Assembly: GCA_030267125.1 (NCBI GenBank)
Contig: JAJDJJ010000002.1
Location: 29,934 to 93,933, forward strand
Length of the DNA: 64,000 bases
Origin: Bacteroidales bacterium OttesenSCG-928-B11
Lineage (GTDB): Bacteria > Bacteroidota > Bacteroidia > Bacteroidales > WCHB1-69
Direction of reading: 5' to 3'
How positions within the stretch are numbered: position 1 is the first letter of the stretch; every line of letters starts with the position of its first letter. The notes under the pieces are model-generated. The model was not told the origin of the DNA and searched no databases. It saw only the letters and a list, made by a program, of their open reading frames with translations. Positions 8,090-16,545 of this stretch are shown here, in pieces. The position numbers were made by a program, and so were the translations under genes.

Positions 8090-8950
8090 TCACAAATACA
8101 TCTTCAATTTTTTATTTTTGCTCTCTTGGCGGAGTCTTTTCAATGCTCTTTCTTTGATTTGTCTAACTCTTTCACGCGATAGATCATACATGTCGCCGAT
8201 CTCGTCCAGCGTGTATTCATGTGAGCTGCCGATTCCATAGAATAACTTTATGATCTGACTTTCCTTTTCCGACAACGTTGAGAGCACTTCATTGATCTCT
8301 GAGGAAAGCGACTCCTGCATCAAGATAGTATCGGTATCTTCATCATTTTCAAAGATAAAAGTATCGATAAAACGAGTCTCTTCATCGGGAGAAATAGGCG
8401 AATCAATCGATTGCGGATGGGAGTTCATCTTCAGGATTTCCGCAACTTTGTAGGGAGGAAGGTCAACGGTTTCCGAGATCTCATCTATTGTGGGAACACG
8501 TTGCAAAGATTGTTCCAATTTAGCGATCTCTTTTTTCAACTTGTTGATCGTACCCACTTGATTGAGAGGAAGCCTCACGATTCTTGATTGGTCAGCGATG
8601 GCTTGCAGAATGGCTTGACGGATCCACCAAACAGCGTAGGAGATAAATTTGAAACCACGCGTTTCATCGAAACGTTTGGCTGCTTTGATCAATCCCACAT
8701 TTCCTTCATTAATAAGGTCTTGCAAAGAAATGCCTTGATTTTGATACTGTTTCGCAACCGAAACTACAAAACGCAAGTTCGTGATGGTCAGTTTTTCGAG
8801 TGCAGCCATGTCGCCGGTTTTGATTCGACGCGCCAATTCGACCTCTTCTTCGGCTGTGATCATTGCCTCTTTCCCGATATCCGCAAGGTATCGATCCAGT
8901 GAAGCCGTGTCACGATTCGTGATAGATTTTGAAATTTTAAGTTGTCTCAT
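8090..8950 (-). CDS. rpoD: primary RNA polymerase sigma factor (Bacteroidota sigma-A type)
   Basis: 286 aa lacking region 1.1. Has regions 2-4 (NLRFVVSVAKQYQNQGISLQDLINEGNVGLIKAAKRFD, YAVWWIRQAI, TLDEIGDMYDLSRERVRQIKERALKRLR). Confidence 0.93.
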   Translation of the reverse strand: MRQLKISKSITNRDTASLDRYLADIGKEAMITAEEEVELARRIKTGDMAALEKLTITNLRFVVSVAKQYQNQGISLQDLINEGNVGLIKAAKRFDETRGFKFISYAVWWIRQAILQAIADQSRIVRLPLNQVGTINKLKKEIAKLEQSLQRVPTIDEISETVDLPPYKVAEILKMNSHPQSIDSPISPDEETRFIDTFIFENDEDTDTILMQESLSSEINEVLSTLSEKESQIIKLFYGIGSSHEYTLDEIGDMYDLSRERVRQIKERALKRLRQESKNKKLKMYL

Positions 8951-8956
8951 TGTTAT

Positions 8957-10048
8957 TTACTTTAATTTTATATCTTTTGTATGTTCGACATGGTTGCGCA
9001 GATATTTAACGCTAACCGTTTCATTGGGAGAATATTGGATCATCGCCTCCCTCAGCTCCGACATTGAACTCAATGTATGGTTACCAACGCTCAGGATGAT
9101 GTCACCCACTTTAAGGCCGGCCGATTCGGCAGCTCCATTCGGTGTTACTTCTGTAACATACACGCCTTGAACTTTTTCCAAATTGAGTTCTTCCGCCATT
9201 TTATAGGTTACTTCCATCACCATCACCCCCAGGTAAGCTCTTTTTACGGTCCCGTATTCTTTAAGGTCCAAAATTACTTTTTTAGCTATATTGGCTGGAA
9301 TGGCAAACGAGTATCCTGTAAAATATCCGTTTCCAGAGGCGATCGCCGTATTGATTCCGATCAATTGTCCGGAACTATTCACCAATGCGCCTCCACTATT
9401 TCCTTGATTCACAGCGGCATCGGTCTGAATAAACGACTCCACGCTGCTCTGTTCTCCTAAAATATTCAAATTACGTGCTTTTGCACTGACGATTCCGGCG
9501 GTAACCGTTGAGGTCAAGTTAAATGGATTTCCCACCGCCAACACGGCCTCCCCTATTCTCACATCGTCGGAATTGGCAAAAGTCAAATAGGGCAAATCTT
9601 TCGCATTGATTTTGATCAACGCCAAATCCGTGGTTGGATCAGTCCCAACGATCGTCGCCTCATATTCTTTCTTATCATTTAATGTTACGGTAATCTTATT
9701 GGCCTCTGCTACAACGTGGTTATTGGTAACAATATAACCGTTTGGATCAATAATCACGCCTGAACCGGCTGCAACCACCGGATACTGCGAACTAATTCCA
9801 AAAAATTGTTCCAAAAATCCACTGCCGAAAAAGTCGTCAAAAAATGAATTTTTACGCATAAATTCTGTTTTTATATGCACAACAGCGTTTACAGATTTCT
9901 CCGCGGCATACGTTAAATCCACATAATTTGTTTGTACATTGATTATTTTCGGGGGCTCTTCTGCCGGTTGATTTTGTGCGCAAGAAGTCAAAGATGTTAC
10001 AGTTAATACACTGATAATAAATACCTTAATAATACTTTTCCTTGTCAT
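8957..10048 (-). CDS. htrA: HtrA/DegP-family serine protease with one PDZ domain
   Basis: Catalytic-triad contexts TNNHVV, DLALIKI and GNSGGALV. C-terminal PDZ (GVYVTEVTPNGAAESAGLKVGDIILSVGNH). Lipoprotein-type signal. Confidence 0.9.
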   Translation of the reverse strand: MTRKSIIKVFIISVLTVTSLTSCAQNQPAEEPPKIINVQTNYVDLTYAAEKSVNAVVHIKTEFMRKNSFFDDFFGSGFLEQFFGISSQYPVVAAGSGVIIDPNGYIVTNNHVVAEANKITVTLNDKKEYEATIVGTDPTTDLALIKINAKDLPYLTFANSDDVRIGEAVLAVGNPFNLTSTVTAGIVSAKARNLNILGEQSSVESFIQTDAAVNQGNSGGALVNSSGQLIGINTAIASGNGYFTGYSFAIPANIAKKVILDLKEYGTVKRAYLGVMVMEVTYKMAEELNLEKVQGVYVTEVTPNGAAESAGLKVGDIILSVGNHTLSSMSELREAMIQYSPNETVSVKYLRNHVEHTKDIKLK

Positions 10049-10150
10049 ACATTATTATATTATTACATTAAAACCTGTACAATGACAAATAACTAACGCA
10101 AATGTTTAAATTAAATTATGCTTTTTGACCGAATGATAAAAATATTTTTA

Positions 10151-10158
10151 TACTTTTG
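10151..10158 (+). promoter_or_regulatory. -7 promoter box (TACTTTTG)
   Basis: Perfect TAnnTTTG 41 nt upstream of the rplU ATG. Confidence 0.5.
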
Positions 10159-10199
10159 CACCCCCAAATAAAAACAGATTAAAAACAAACAAAATTATC

Positions 10200-10511
10200 A
10201 TGTACGCAATCGTAGAAATAGCTGGGCAACAGTTTAAGATTGAAAAAGATCAGAAGATCTTTGTTCATCGCCTAAAAGCTGAAGAAGGGTCGCAAATTAA
10301 ATTCGACCGCGTAATGCTGATTGACAATGACGGTTCTGTAAAAGTAGGTGCCCCGACCATTTCCGGCGCAGAGGTAACCGCTACCGTTCTCAATCACCTT
10401 AAAGGAGACAAAGTTCTTGTTTTCAAAAAGAAAAGAAGAAAAGGTTATCAAAAAATGAATGGACACAGACAATATCTGACTTCCATCAAAATTGATGACA
10501 TCACCGTTTAA
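10200..10511 (+). CDS. rplU: 50S ribosomal protein L21
   Basis: [25 protein letters not shown]... is a canonical L21 N-terminus. 103 aa. Confidence 0.97.
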   Translation: MYAIVEIAGQQFKIEKDQKIFVHRLKAEEGSQIKFDRVMLIDNDGSVKVGAPTISGAEVTATVLNHLKGDKVLVFKKKRRKGYQKMNGHRQYLTSIKIDDITV

Positions 10512-10543
10512 TCAAGTAGTAATAACGTTAAAATAAAATAGAT

Positions 10544-10807
10544 ATGGCACATAAGAAAGGTGTCGGTAGTTCACAGAACGGTCGTGAATCCGAAAGTAAA
10601 CGTTTAGGCGTGAAAATTTATGGCGGACAAGTTGCAAAAGCCGGCAACATCATCATCCGTCAAAGAGGAACGGTTCACAATCCGGGACTTAACGTGGGTA
10701 TGGGAAAAGACCATACATTGTTTGCCCTGATTGATGGAACTGTGCAATTTAAAAAGAAAGCAGGAGGAAAATCATTCGTTTCCATAATGCCTAATCCGGA
10801 AGCATAA
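10544..10807 (+). CDS. rpmA: 50S ribosomal protein L27
   Basis: [29 protein letters not shown]... is canonical L27. Confidence 0.97.
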   Translation: MAHKKGVGSSQNGRESESKRLGVKIYGGQVAKAGNIIIRQRGTVHNPGLNVGMGKDHTLFALIDGTVQFKKKAGGKSFVSIMPNPEA

Positions 10808-10835
10808 GTACATTTTGTTCATAACATTTGATTGG

Positions 10836-10862
10836 AAGCCGCTTTTTTCAAAGCGGCTTTTT
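10836..10862 (+). terminator. rho-independent terminator after rpmA
   Basis: AAGCCGC-loop-GCGGCTT stem followed by a T run, 29 nt after the rpmA stop. Confidence 0.75.
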
Positions 10863-10863
10863 C

Positions 10864-10871
10864 TACTTTTG
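10864..10871 (+). promoter_or_regulatory. -7 promoter box (TACTTTTG) abutting the RseC-like start codon
   Basis: Perfect TAnnTTTG. Only 5 nt separate its G from the ATG at 10877. Confidence 0.4.
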
Positions 10872-10876
10872 CAAAC

Positions 10877-11305
10877 ATGAACAAAAATAATATCTGTAGC
10901 CAAGGTACTGTCAAAGAGATTCTTGCCAATACCGTTATCATTGAAATCAAACGCCACTCCGCATGCAGCGGCTGTCATGCCAAATCGATCTGTATCTCCG
11001 GTGAAGCAAAAGACGAACTTCTTGAAGTCAAAAGTATGAATCCCGCACAATTCGACATCGACGAAAAGGTGGAGCTGTTCATGGAGCGTTCCTCCGGCGG
11101 AAAAGCAGTTGTCATCGCCTACGTCATCCCTTTTATCACCCTTTTTTCCGCACTTTTCATCACCATAAAACTAACAGGTAATGAACTGGTTGGTTTTTTT
11201 GTTTCCATTCTCGCTACGGCCTTATACTATGTCATATTATGGGTGATAAATAAAAATGGCTTGATTGACAAACAGTTAGAAATGAGAATACGAAAAATAG
11301 AATAA
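10877..11305 (+). CDS. RseC/MucC (SoxR-reducing system) family membrane protein
   Basis: GTVKEILANTVIIEIKRHSACSGCHAKSICISG followed by two TM helices, which is the typical RseC layout. The ORF-track start at 10832 would run through the terminator, so the ATG at 10877 is preferred. Confidence 0.75.
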   Translation: MNKNNICSQGTVKEILANTVIIEIKRHSACSGCHAKSICISGEAKDELLEVKSMNPAQFDIDEKVELFMERSSGGKAVVIAYVIPFITLFSALFITIKLTGNELVGFFVSILATALYYVILWVINKNGLIDKQLEMRIRKIE

Positions 11306-11390
11306 CCCTGAAATAGAGCTTATTTCAAATCAAAACTTTCATAAACAAAAATTTTGGCCGGTTAACCGAAGTTATTTTAAAAGAAAAACG

Positions 11391-11990
11391 TTAATCAATC
11401 CCCCGTTTCTTTTTTTCCTCATGTATTTTCGATGCCAATTCGAAATCCTCGCTTTCAATGGCACCTTCCAACATGGAATCTAACTCACTATTGGTCATCT
11501 CGGAAATCTGTTGTGCGAAAAAATCTTCAGGCGATGTTATTTCTTCATTAATAACGCTATCTATTTCCAATTCCATACTGGGATTAACATAACTGACCTT
11601 ATCAAAAATATCGCTCTCCACAAAAATTGGGACACGATTCAGCAGGGCAATTGTCACGGCATCCGAAGTGCGCGAATCGATTTCGAAAAAGTTACCCTCG
11701 GAAGTAAGCATCCGTAGGACGGAATAGAAAATCCCCTCATCCTGTTTATATATCAGCACACTGTTCAATTCACAGCCGCAAGTTTTGGAAAGTTGGACGA
11801 AAAGATCGTGGGGAGTAGGACGGCGCGGGGCTACCTTATTCATTGCCAAAACCAGTGAGCGAGCTTCACTCCACCCGATCATGATGGGCATCATCCGATT
11901 TCCGTTTTTTTCCGCCAAAATCAAACCATAAGCTTCGCTCTGGTTTTCAGAATTTTTGATATTCTCAACTTTCAATTCAATTTCTGCCAT
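11391..11990 (-). CDS. bifunctional nuclease (DUF151) family protein with UVR-like C-terminus
   Basis: MAEIELKV...YGLILAEKNGNRMMPIMIGWSEARSLVLAMNKVAPRRPTPHDLF matches the BFN family pattern. The ATG at 11990 sits 2 nt after the upstream stop at 11993. Confidence 0.8.
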   Translation of the reverse strand: MAEIELKVENIKNSENQSEAYGLILAEKNGNRMMPIMIGWSEARSLVLAMNKVAPRRPTPHDLFVQLSKTCGCELNSVLIYKQDEGIFYSVLRMLTSEGNFFEIDSRTSDAVTIALLNRVPIFVESDIFDKVSYVNPSMELEIDSVINEEITSPEDFFAQQISEMTNSELDSMLEGAIESEDFELASKIHEEKKKRGID

Positions 11991-11992
11991 GC

Positions 11993-13114
11993 CTATTTCT
12001 GTGTGAATTTTAACATAAAAATACAAATAACGAGGAAGATAATATTTGGAATCCAAGCTCCTAATCCGGGTGGTATTCCTCCTGAAACAGCAAATACATC
12101 CGACACCTGCTGCAAGAAGATGAACGAAAAAGCCATTCCCATCCCGATGAAAAGATGCACACCTACTCCGCGCTGCGTTTTCCTCGAGGCCACACTAAAT
12201 CCCAACAAAGTCATGATGATTGTCCCCAGCGCATTGGATACTCTTTTCTGCTGAGCAATTCGATAGTAATTCACAAACGAGGAACCTTTCTCTTTCTCTT
12301 CTTTGATATACCTCCGCATCGTCTTGTAATCCATTGTCTCAATGATCGTTTCATCCCTATCCAAATCGCGGGGCAGAATGTTCAATACCGTATCCATCTC
12401 ATTGCCTTGCACAATAAACTCTTCATCATCTACAATTGTTCGCATCACATAATTTTTGAATACCCATTTTTTCCTTTCTTGGTCATACTTAAACGACTGC
12501 GCACTGATTTTCTTTGTAATCGATTGGTTTCCTAGTTCTTCATAAGTAAAACGCTGTCCATCCATTTCCTCTTTGTTCCATCTTTCGACATATATATATG
12601 AATTAAGAGAGTTTTTGAGATGGATATTTGATTTTGATCCTTTTTTCCGCTTAAAGTGGACCTCTTTAAATTCGTTCAATCCGCGATTTGTATTAGGAAT
12701 AATGACATTCGACATGACAATAGCGAAAATCACAATAATAAGTGAACCAACAATATACGGTAATAATAAACGATAAAAATTAATACCGCTGCTCAAAATG
12801 GCCACAATCTCGTTACGTTGCGATAACACTGACGTGAACCAAATCACACTAATAAAAGTGAAGAGAGGGATGAACATATTGATGATAGAAGGGATCAAAT
12901 TGCCGTAATATGAGAAAATGATTTTGTTGAAAGGCACGTCATTATCAATGAAACGTTGAATGTTTTCCGAAACATCAAACACCACGATAATGGCCAACAG
13001 CAAGGCAATGGAATAGACAAACGATCCGATGAATTTTTTGAGGATATATGTATCCAACAATCTCCATCGCAGATCGTTATGCCATTTTTGTATCGTTTCT
13101 TTTATATTTGGCAT
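11993..13114 (-). CDS. LptF/LptG family LPS export permease
   Basis: 373 aa with YjgP/YjgQ-type topology: N-terminal TM cluster, a central periplasmic beta-jellyroll-like region and C-terminal TMs. Confidence 0.8.
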   Translation of the reverse strand: MPNIKETIQKWHNDLRWRLLDTYILKKFIGSFVYSIALLLAIIVVFDVSENIQRFIDNDVPFNKIIFSYYGNLIPSIINMFIPLFTFISVIWFTSVLSQRNEIVAILSSGINFYRLLLPYIVGSLIIVIFAIVMSNVIIPNTNRGLNEFKEVHFKRKKGSKSNIHLKNSLNSYIYVERWNKEEMDGQRFTYEELGNQSITKKISAQSFKYDQERKKWVFKNYVMRTIVDDEEFIVQGNEMDTVLNILPRDLDRDETIIETMDYKTMRRYIKEEKEKGSSFVNYYRIAQQKRVSNALGTIIMTLLGFSVASRKTQRGVGVHLFIGMGMAFSFIFLQQVSDVFAVSGGIPPGLGAWIPNIIFLVICIFMLKFTQK

Positions 13115-13171
13115 TAATTTTTACTAAACCCTTACTATAATTTCATCAAACAAAACTTTTTTGCGGGGAGA

Positions 13172-15268
13172 TTATTTCAACCAATGGTCAAACCATCTAT
13201 AACATTCTCTTTGCCACAGAATTGCATTTTGTGGTTTGGAAACGAAGTGGGTTTCATCAGGAAAATACAAAAAGCGGCTCGGGATACCTTGGATTTGTGC
13301 GGCGTTGAACGCTTGCATACCCTCGGTATAGGGAATGCGGAAATCACGACCGCCATGAACCACCAAGATCGGAGTATTCCAGTTTCCTACAAAATTGTGA
13401 GGAGAAAAATCGTAGCTTTTCGGTCGAGGATTTTCCCAGTAAGGTCCACCCAAATCATGGTTAGCGAAGAAAAGTTCTTCGGTAGTAGCGTACCAACTCT
13501 CGAAATTAAACATACCGCAATGTGCCATGAACGCCTTGAAACGGTTATTATGATTACCGGCTAACCAATAAACGGAAAATCCGCCGTAGCTTGCGCCAAT
13601 TGCACCCAACCGGTTTTCATCCACATAATTTTCCTTAGCCACATCATCGATAGCGGATAAATAATCTTTCATATTCTGGCCTCCGTAGTCCAAGCTGATC
13701 TGGTCGTTCCATTCGCTACCAAACCCGGGTAATCCGCGACGGTTGGGCGCTACAACAATGTAACCATGCGCTGCCATCATTTGGAAATTCCAACGATAGG
13801 AGAAGAACTGGCTCACAGATTGTTGCGGACCTCCTTGGCAATACAATAGTGCCGGGTATTTTTTATTGGCATCGAAATTCGGAGGTAAAATCACCCAAAC
13901 CAACATCTCTTTGCCATCGGTCGTTTTCACCCATCGTTTTTCAGTTTTCGCCAATGTGATTTTATCCAAGTACTCTTTATTTGTGAATGTAAGTTGCTCT
14001 TCCGCACCATTTTCAATATCCACGGCAAAAATTTCCGCCGGAAGCGCGTGCGTGGTTTTTGTCACAACTAACTTATTGCCGGCTAATGCCAGTGAAGTGT
14101 AATCATGATCTCCTTCAGTAAGTTGTGTGATTTGCTTAGTCGCAACATCCAATTTATAAATTTGATGTGTGGCTTTAATGCAACTGATGAAAAAAATTGA
14201 ATTTCCATCTTCGCTCCATACGAAGTTCGTAGCATCTTGATCAAAATCGGTGGAACAATCTTCCGAGCTACCTGTGGCAAAATCGTGGATAAAAAGTCTG
14301 TGTTTCTCCGACTCGAAACCATCGGTTTTCATACTCCACCAAACCAATTTTGAACCGTCGGGAGAAAAAACGGGATCCATGTCGTAGCCTTTATTGCTTT
14401 CAGTCAGGTTTACAGTCTGTTGTGTTGCCAAATCATAAATGTAGATATCAGAATTCGTACTTTCAGCAAACGCCTTTCCTGCCATTTTTTTAGAACAATA
14501 GGCTATCTTCGTACCATCAGGGCTACAAGCCACCTCGCTCATTCCGCCAAACGGAGGTACCGGAGCGTGCATTTTCTCATCTTTCATCAGCTCAACCGCA
14601 TCACCCAATACAGGATACGTGTTGATAAAAATATGCTGGTATGTCCCGTCTGCCCAATAATCCCAATGGCGATACATAAGATCATCGTAAATCATAGCTT
14701 CCGCTTTAGGGAGATCAGCATAACGATCGGTAATTTTGGGATCTAACTGCACATTACTGGTGTATATAATATGTTTCATATCAGGTGCGTAACAAAAACT
14801 ATTCACACCATTTTCCACTTTTGTAAGCTGCTTGCAACCGGTTCCATCGGGATTCGCCTCCCAAATTTGCACTCCCGATTTTCCCGCTTTCAAATAGGCT
14901 ATTTTTTTGCTATCCGGCCGCCAAACCGCATCAAACTCGTCTTTTGCACCGGCTATGATTTTCACCGGTTCCCCTCCGGCAGCCGGAATCACATAGAGAT
15001 CCTGGTTGCCTTTATCTTCCGTATAATCAAAGTATTTAACCGCAAACAAAATTTTTGAACCATCCGGCGAAACTTGTGGATTAGATACCCGACCTAAGTG
15101 CCATAAAATCTCTTCCGTCAAAATGCCCGATGAAAAATCGGGTTGGGGACGGTTTTCCCTTGTGATTGCATTGTCTTTACTTTTCACAGTATCTACATTT
15201 TTTGTTTGTTCCGTACATGAAACTATTAGTGCGGAAGTTAGGATTACTAAAAAAAGACTCTTTTTCAT
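13172..15268 (-). CDS. S9 family serine peptidase (prolyl oligopeptidase / acylaminoacyl peptidase type)
   Basis: N-terminal beta-propeller-like repeats (SPDGSKI, SPDGTKIAY, SPDGSKLV). C-terminal hydrolase with GASYGGF, GGRDFRIP and DETHF triad contexts. Lipoprotein signal. Confidence 0.9.
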   Translation of the reverse strand: MKKSLFLVILTSALIVSCTEQTKNVDTVKSKDNAITRENRPQPDFSSGILTEEILWHLGRVSNPQVSPDGSKILFAVKYFDYTEDKGNQDLYVIPAAGGEPVKIIAGAKDEFDAVWRPDSKKIAYLKAGKSGVQIWEANPDGTGCKQLTKVENGVNSFCYAPDMKHIIYTSNVQLDPKITDRYADLPKAEAMIYDDLMYRHWDYWADGTYQHIFINTYPVLGDAVELMKDEKMHAPVPPFGGMSEVACSPDGTKIAYCSKKMAGKAFAESTNSDIYIYDLATQQTVNLTESNKGYDMDPVFSPDGSKLVWWSMKTDGFESEKHRLFIHDFATGSSEDCSTDFDQDATNFVWSEDGNSIFFISCIKATHQIYKLDVATKQITQLTEGDHDYTSLALAGNKLVVTKTTHALPAEIFAVDIENGAEEQLTFTNKEYLDKITLAKTEKRWVKTTDGKEMLVWVILPPNFDANKKYPALLYCQGGPQQSVSQFFSYRWNFQMMAAHGYIVVAPNRRGLPGFGSEWNDQISLDYGGQNMKDYLSAIDDVAKENYVDENRLGAIGASYGGFSVYWLAGNHNNRFKAFMAHCGMFNFESWYATTEELFFANHDLGGPYWENPRPKSYDFSPHNFVGNWNTPILVVHGGRDFRIPYTEGMQAFNAAQIQGIPSRFLYFPDETHFVSKPQNAILWQRECYRWFDHWLK

Positions 15269-15288
15269 AAGACTAAAATTTTAAGGCG

Positions 15289-15296
15289 CAAAGATA
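15289..15296 (-). promoter_or_regulatory. -7 promoter box (TATCTTTG on minus strand)
   Basis: Perfect TAnnTTTG 20 nt upstream of the S9 peptidase ATG at 15268. Confidence 0.45.
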
Positions 15297-15377
15297 ATAA
15301 AATAGGGTTTCGGAGTGGGGCTCAATCTGTCAATATGAATTATGTTTTCCCATTAAAATATTAATGATTAATATTCT

Positions 15378-15385
15378 TATTTTTG
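15378..15385 (+). promoter_or_regulatory. -7 promoter box (TATTTTTG)
   Basis: Perfect TAnnTTTG 37 nt upstream of the first gene of the RND operon. Confidence 0.5.
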
Positions 15386-15422
15386 CACGCTTTTTATTCG
15401 TAAATATTTATTTGATTATAGT

Positions 15423-16520
15423 ATGGTAAAAAATTCATCTTCCGTTTCTTTATTGATATTGCTGGTCGCAACATCATTCCTGTTTTACAGTTGCAAGAAC
15501 GAGCCTCCGGCAAAGACACCACCGGCGTACAAAGTGATGGAGGTGAGAGAGGCGACCGGCGAGTTACAGGTCAATTTTCCCACCACAATCGAGAGTTCAC
15601 AGGTAGTGGAAGTACGTCCGCGCGTGGAGGGCTACCTCGACAAAATCTACCTGAAAGAGGGTAGTAAAGTAAAGAAAGGCGATCCGTTATTTCTTATTAA
15701 CCAAGATGATTGCAACCAGCGATTTCTTGCTGCCCAAGCCGATGTTCTCTTAGCGCAGGCCAATTTGGATAATGCAAAGTTAGAGGTGGAAAAGGTGACT
15801 CCTTTGGTGCGACAAAGCATTGTGAGCGAGCATCAGCTGACCTCGGCGAAGAGCAATCAAAAAGCCGCCGAAGCGCGATTAGCGCAAGCGAAAGCCGCCG
15901 AAGAACAAGCCCGTATCAATTTGAATTACACCGTCATCAAAGCTCCGGCGACCGGCAGTGTGGGTTTGGTAAACGTACGGGAAGGCGCGCTCATCCGACT
16001 CAGCGATCAAACACCATTAACCGTCATCTCTGCCGAGGGTGATGTTTTCGCTTATTTCTCCATTAGTGAAAATTTGTTGCGATCGGAAGAGCGTATTGAT
16101 TCCGACAAATTTCCCGCAGCGAAACTGAAACTTTCTAATGGAAGTATCTATGATGAAGATGGTAAACTCGAACTCGCCAGCGACATCGTGAACACACACA
16201 CTGGGTCATTGATGGTAAAAGCTATCTTTCCAAATAACAAAAACTTACTGAGAACCGGACAGAACGGTGAAGTGATCATCAGCCTCACAATTCCCAACGC
16301 CATTTTAGTGCCCCAGCAAGCCACTTACGAACTACTCAACAAAGTGATGGTTGTGGTAGTAGATGCAAACAATACCACAACAGCCCGGGAGATCAGCATT
16401 TTAGGATCCGATGACAATAACTATATCGTCAACAAAGGCTTACAGCCCGGCGACCGTATCGTCATCGAAGGCGTGCGAAAACTGACGGATGGCACCATCA
16501 TTACCCCAATAGAGAATTAA
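15423..16520 (+). CDS. RND efflux periplasmic adaptor (MFP) subunit
   Basis: Lipobox FLFYSC. Biotinyl/lipoyl-like hairpin (VRPRVEGYLDKIYLKEGSKVKKGDPLFLI), a coiled coil, and YTVIKAPATGSVG. Confidence 0.92.
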   Translation: MVKNSSSVSLLILLVATSFLFYSCKNEPPAKTPPAYKVMEVREATGELQVNFPTTIESSQVVEVRPRVEGYLDKIYLKEGSKVKKGDPLFLINQDDCNQRFLAAQADVLLAQANLDNAKLEVEKVTPLVRQSIVSEHQLTSAKSNQKAAEARLAQAKAAEEQARINLNYTVIKAPATGSVGLVNVREGALIRLSDQTPLTVISAEGDVFAYFSISENLLRSEERIDSDKFPAAKLKLSNGSIYDEDGKLELASDIVNTHTGSLMVKAIFPNNKNLLRTGQNGEVIISLTIPNAILVPQQATYELLNKVMVVVVDANNTTTAREISILGSDDNNYIVNKGLQPGDRIVIEGVRKLTDGTIITPIEN

Positions 16521-16545
16521 TAATGCAAACCATTAGAAAAAAAGT

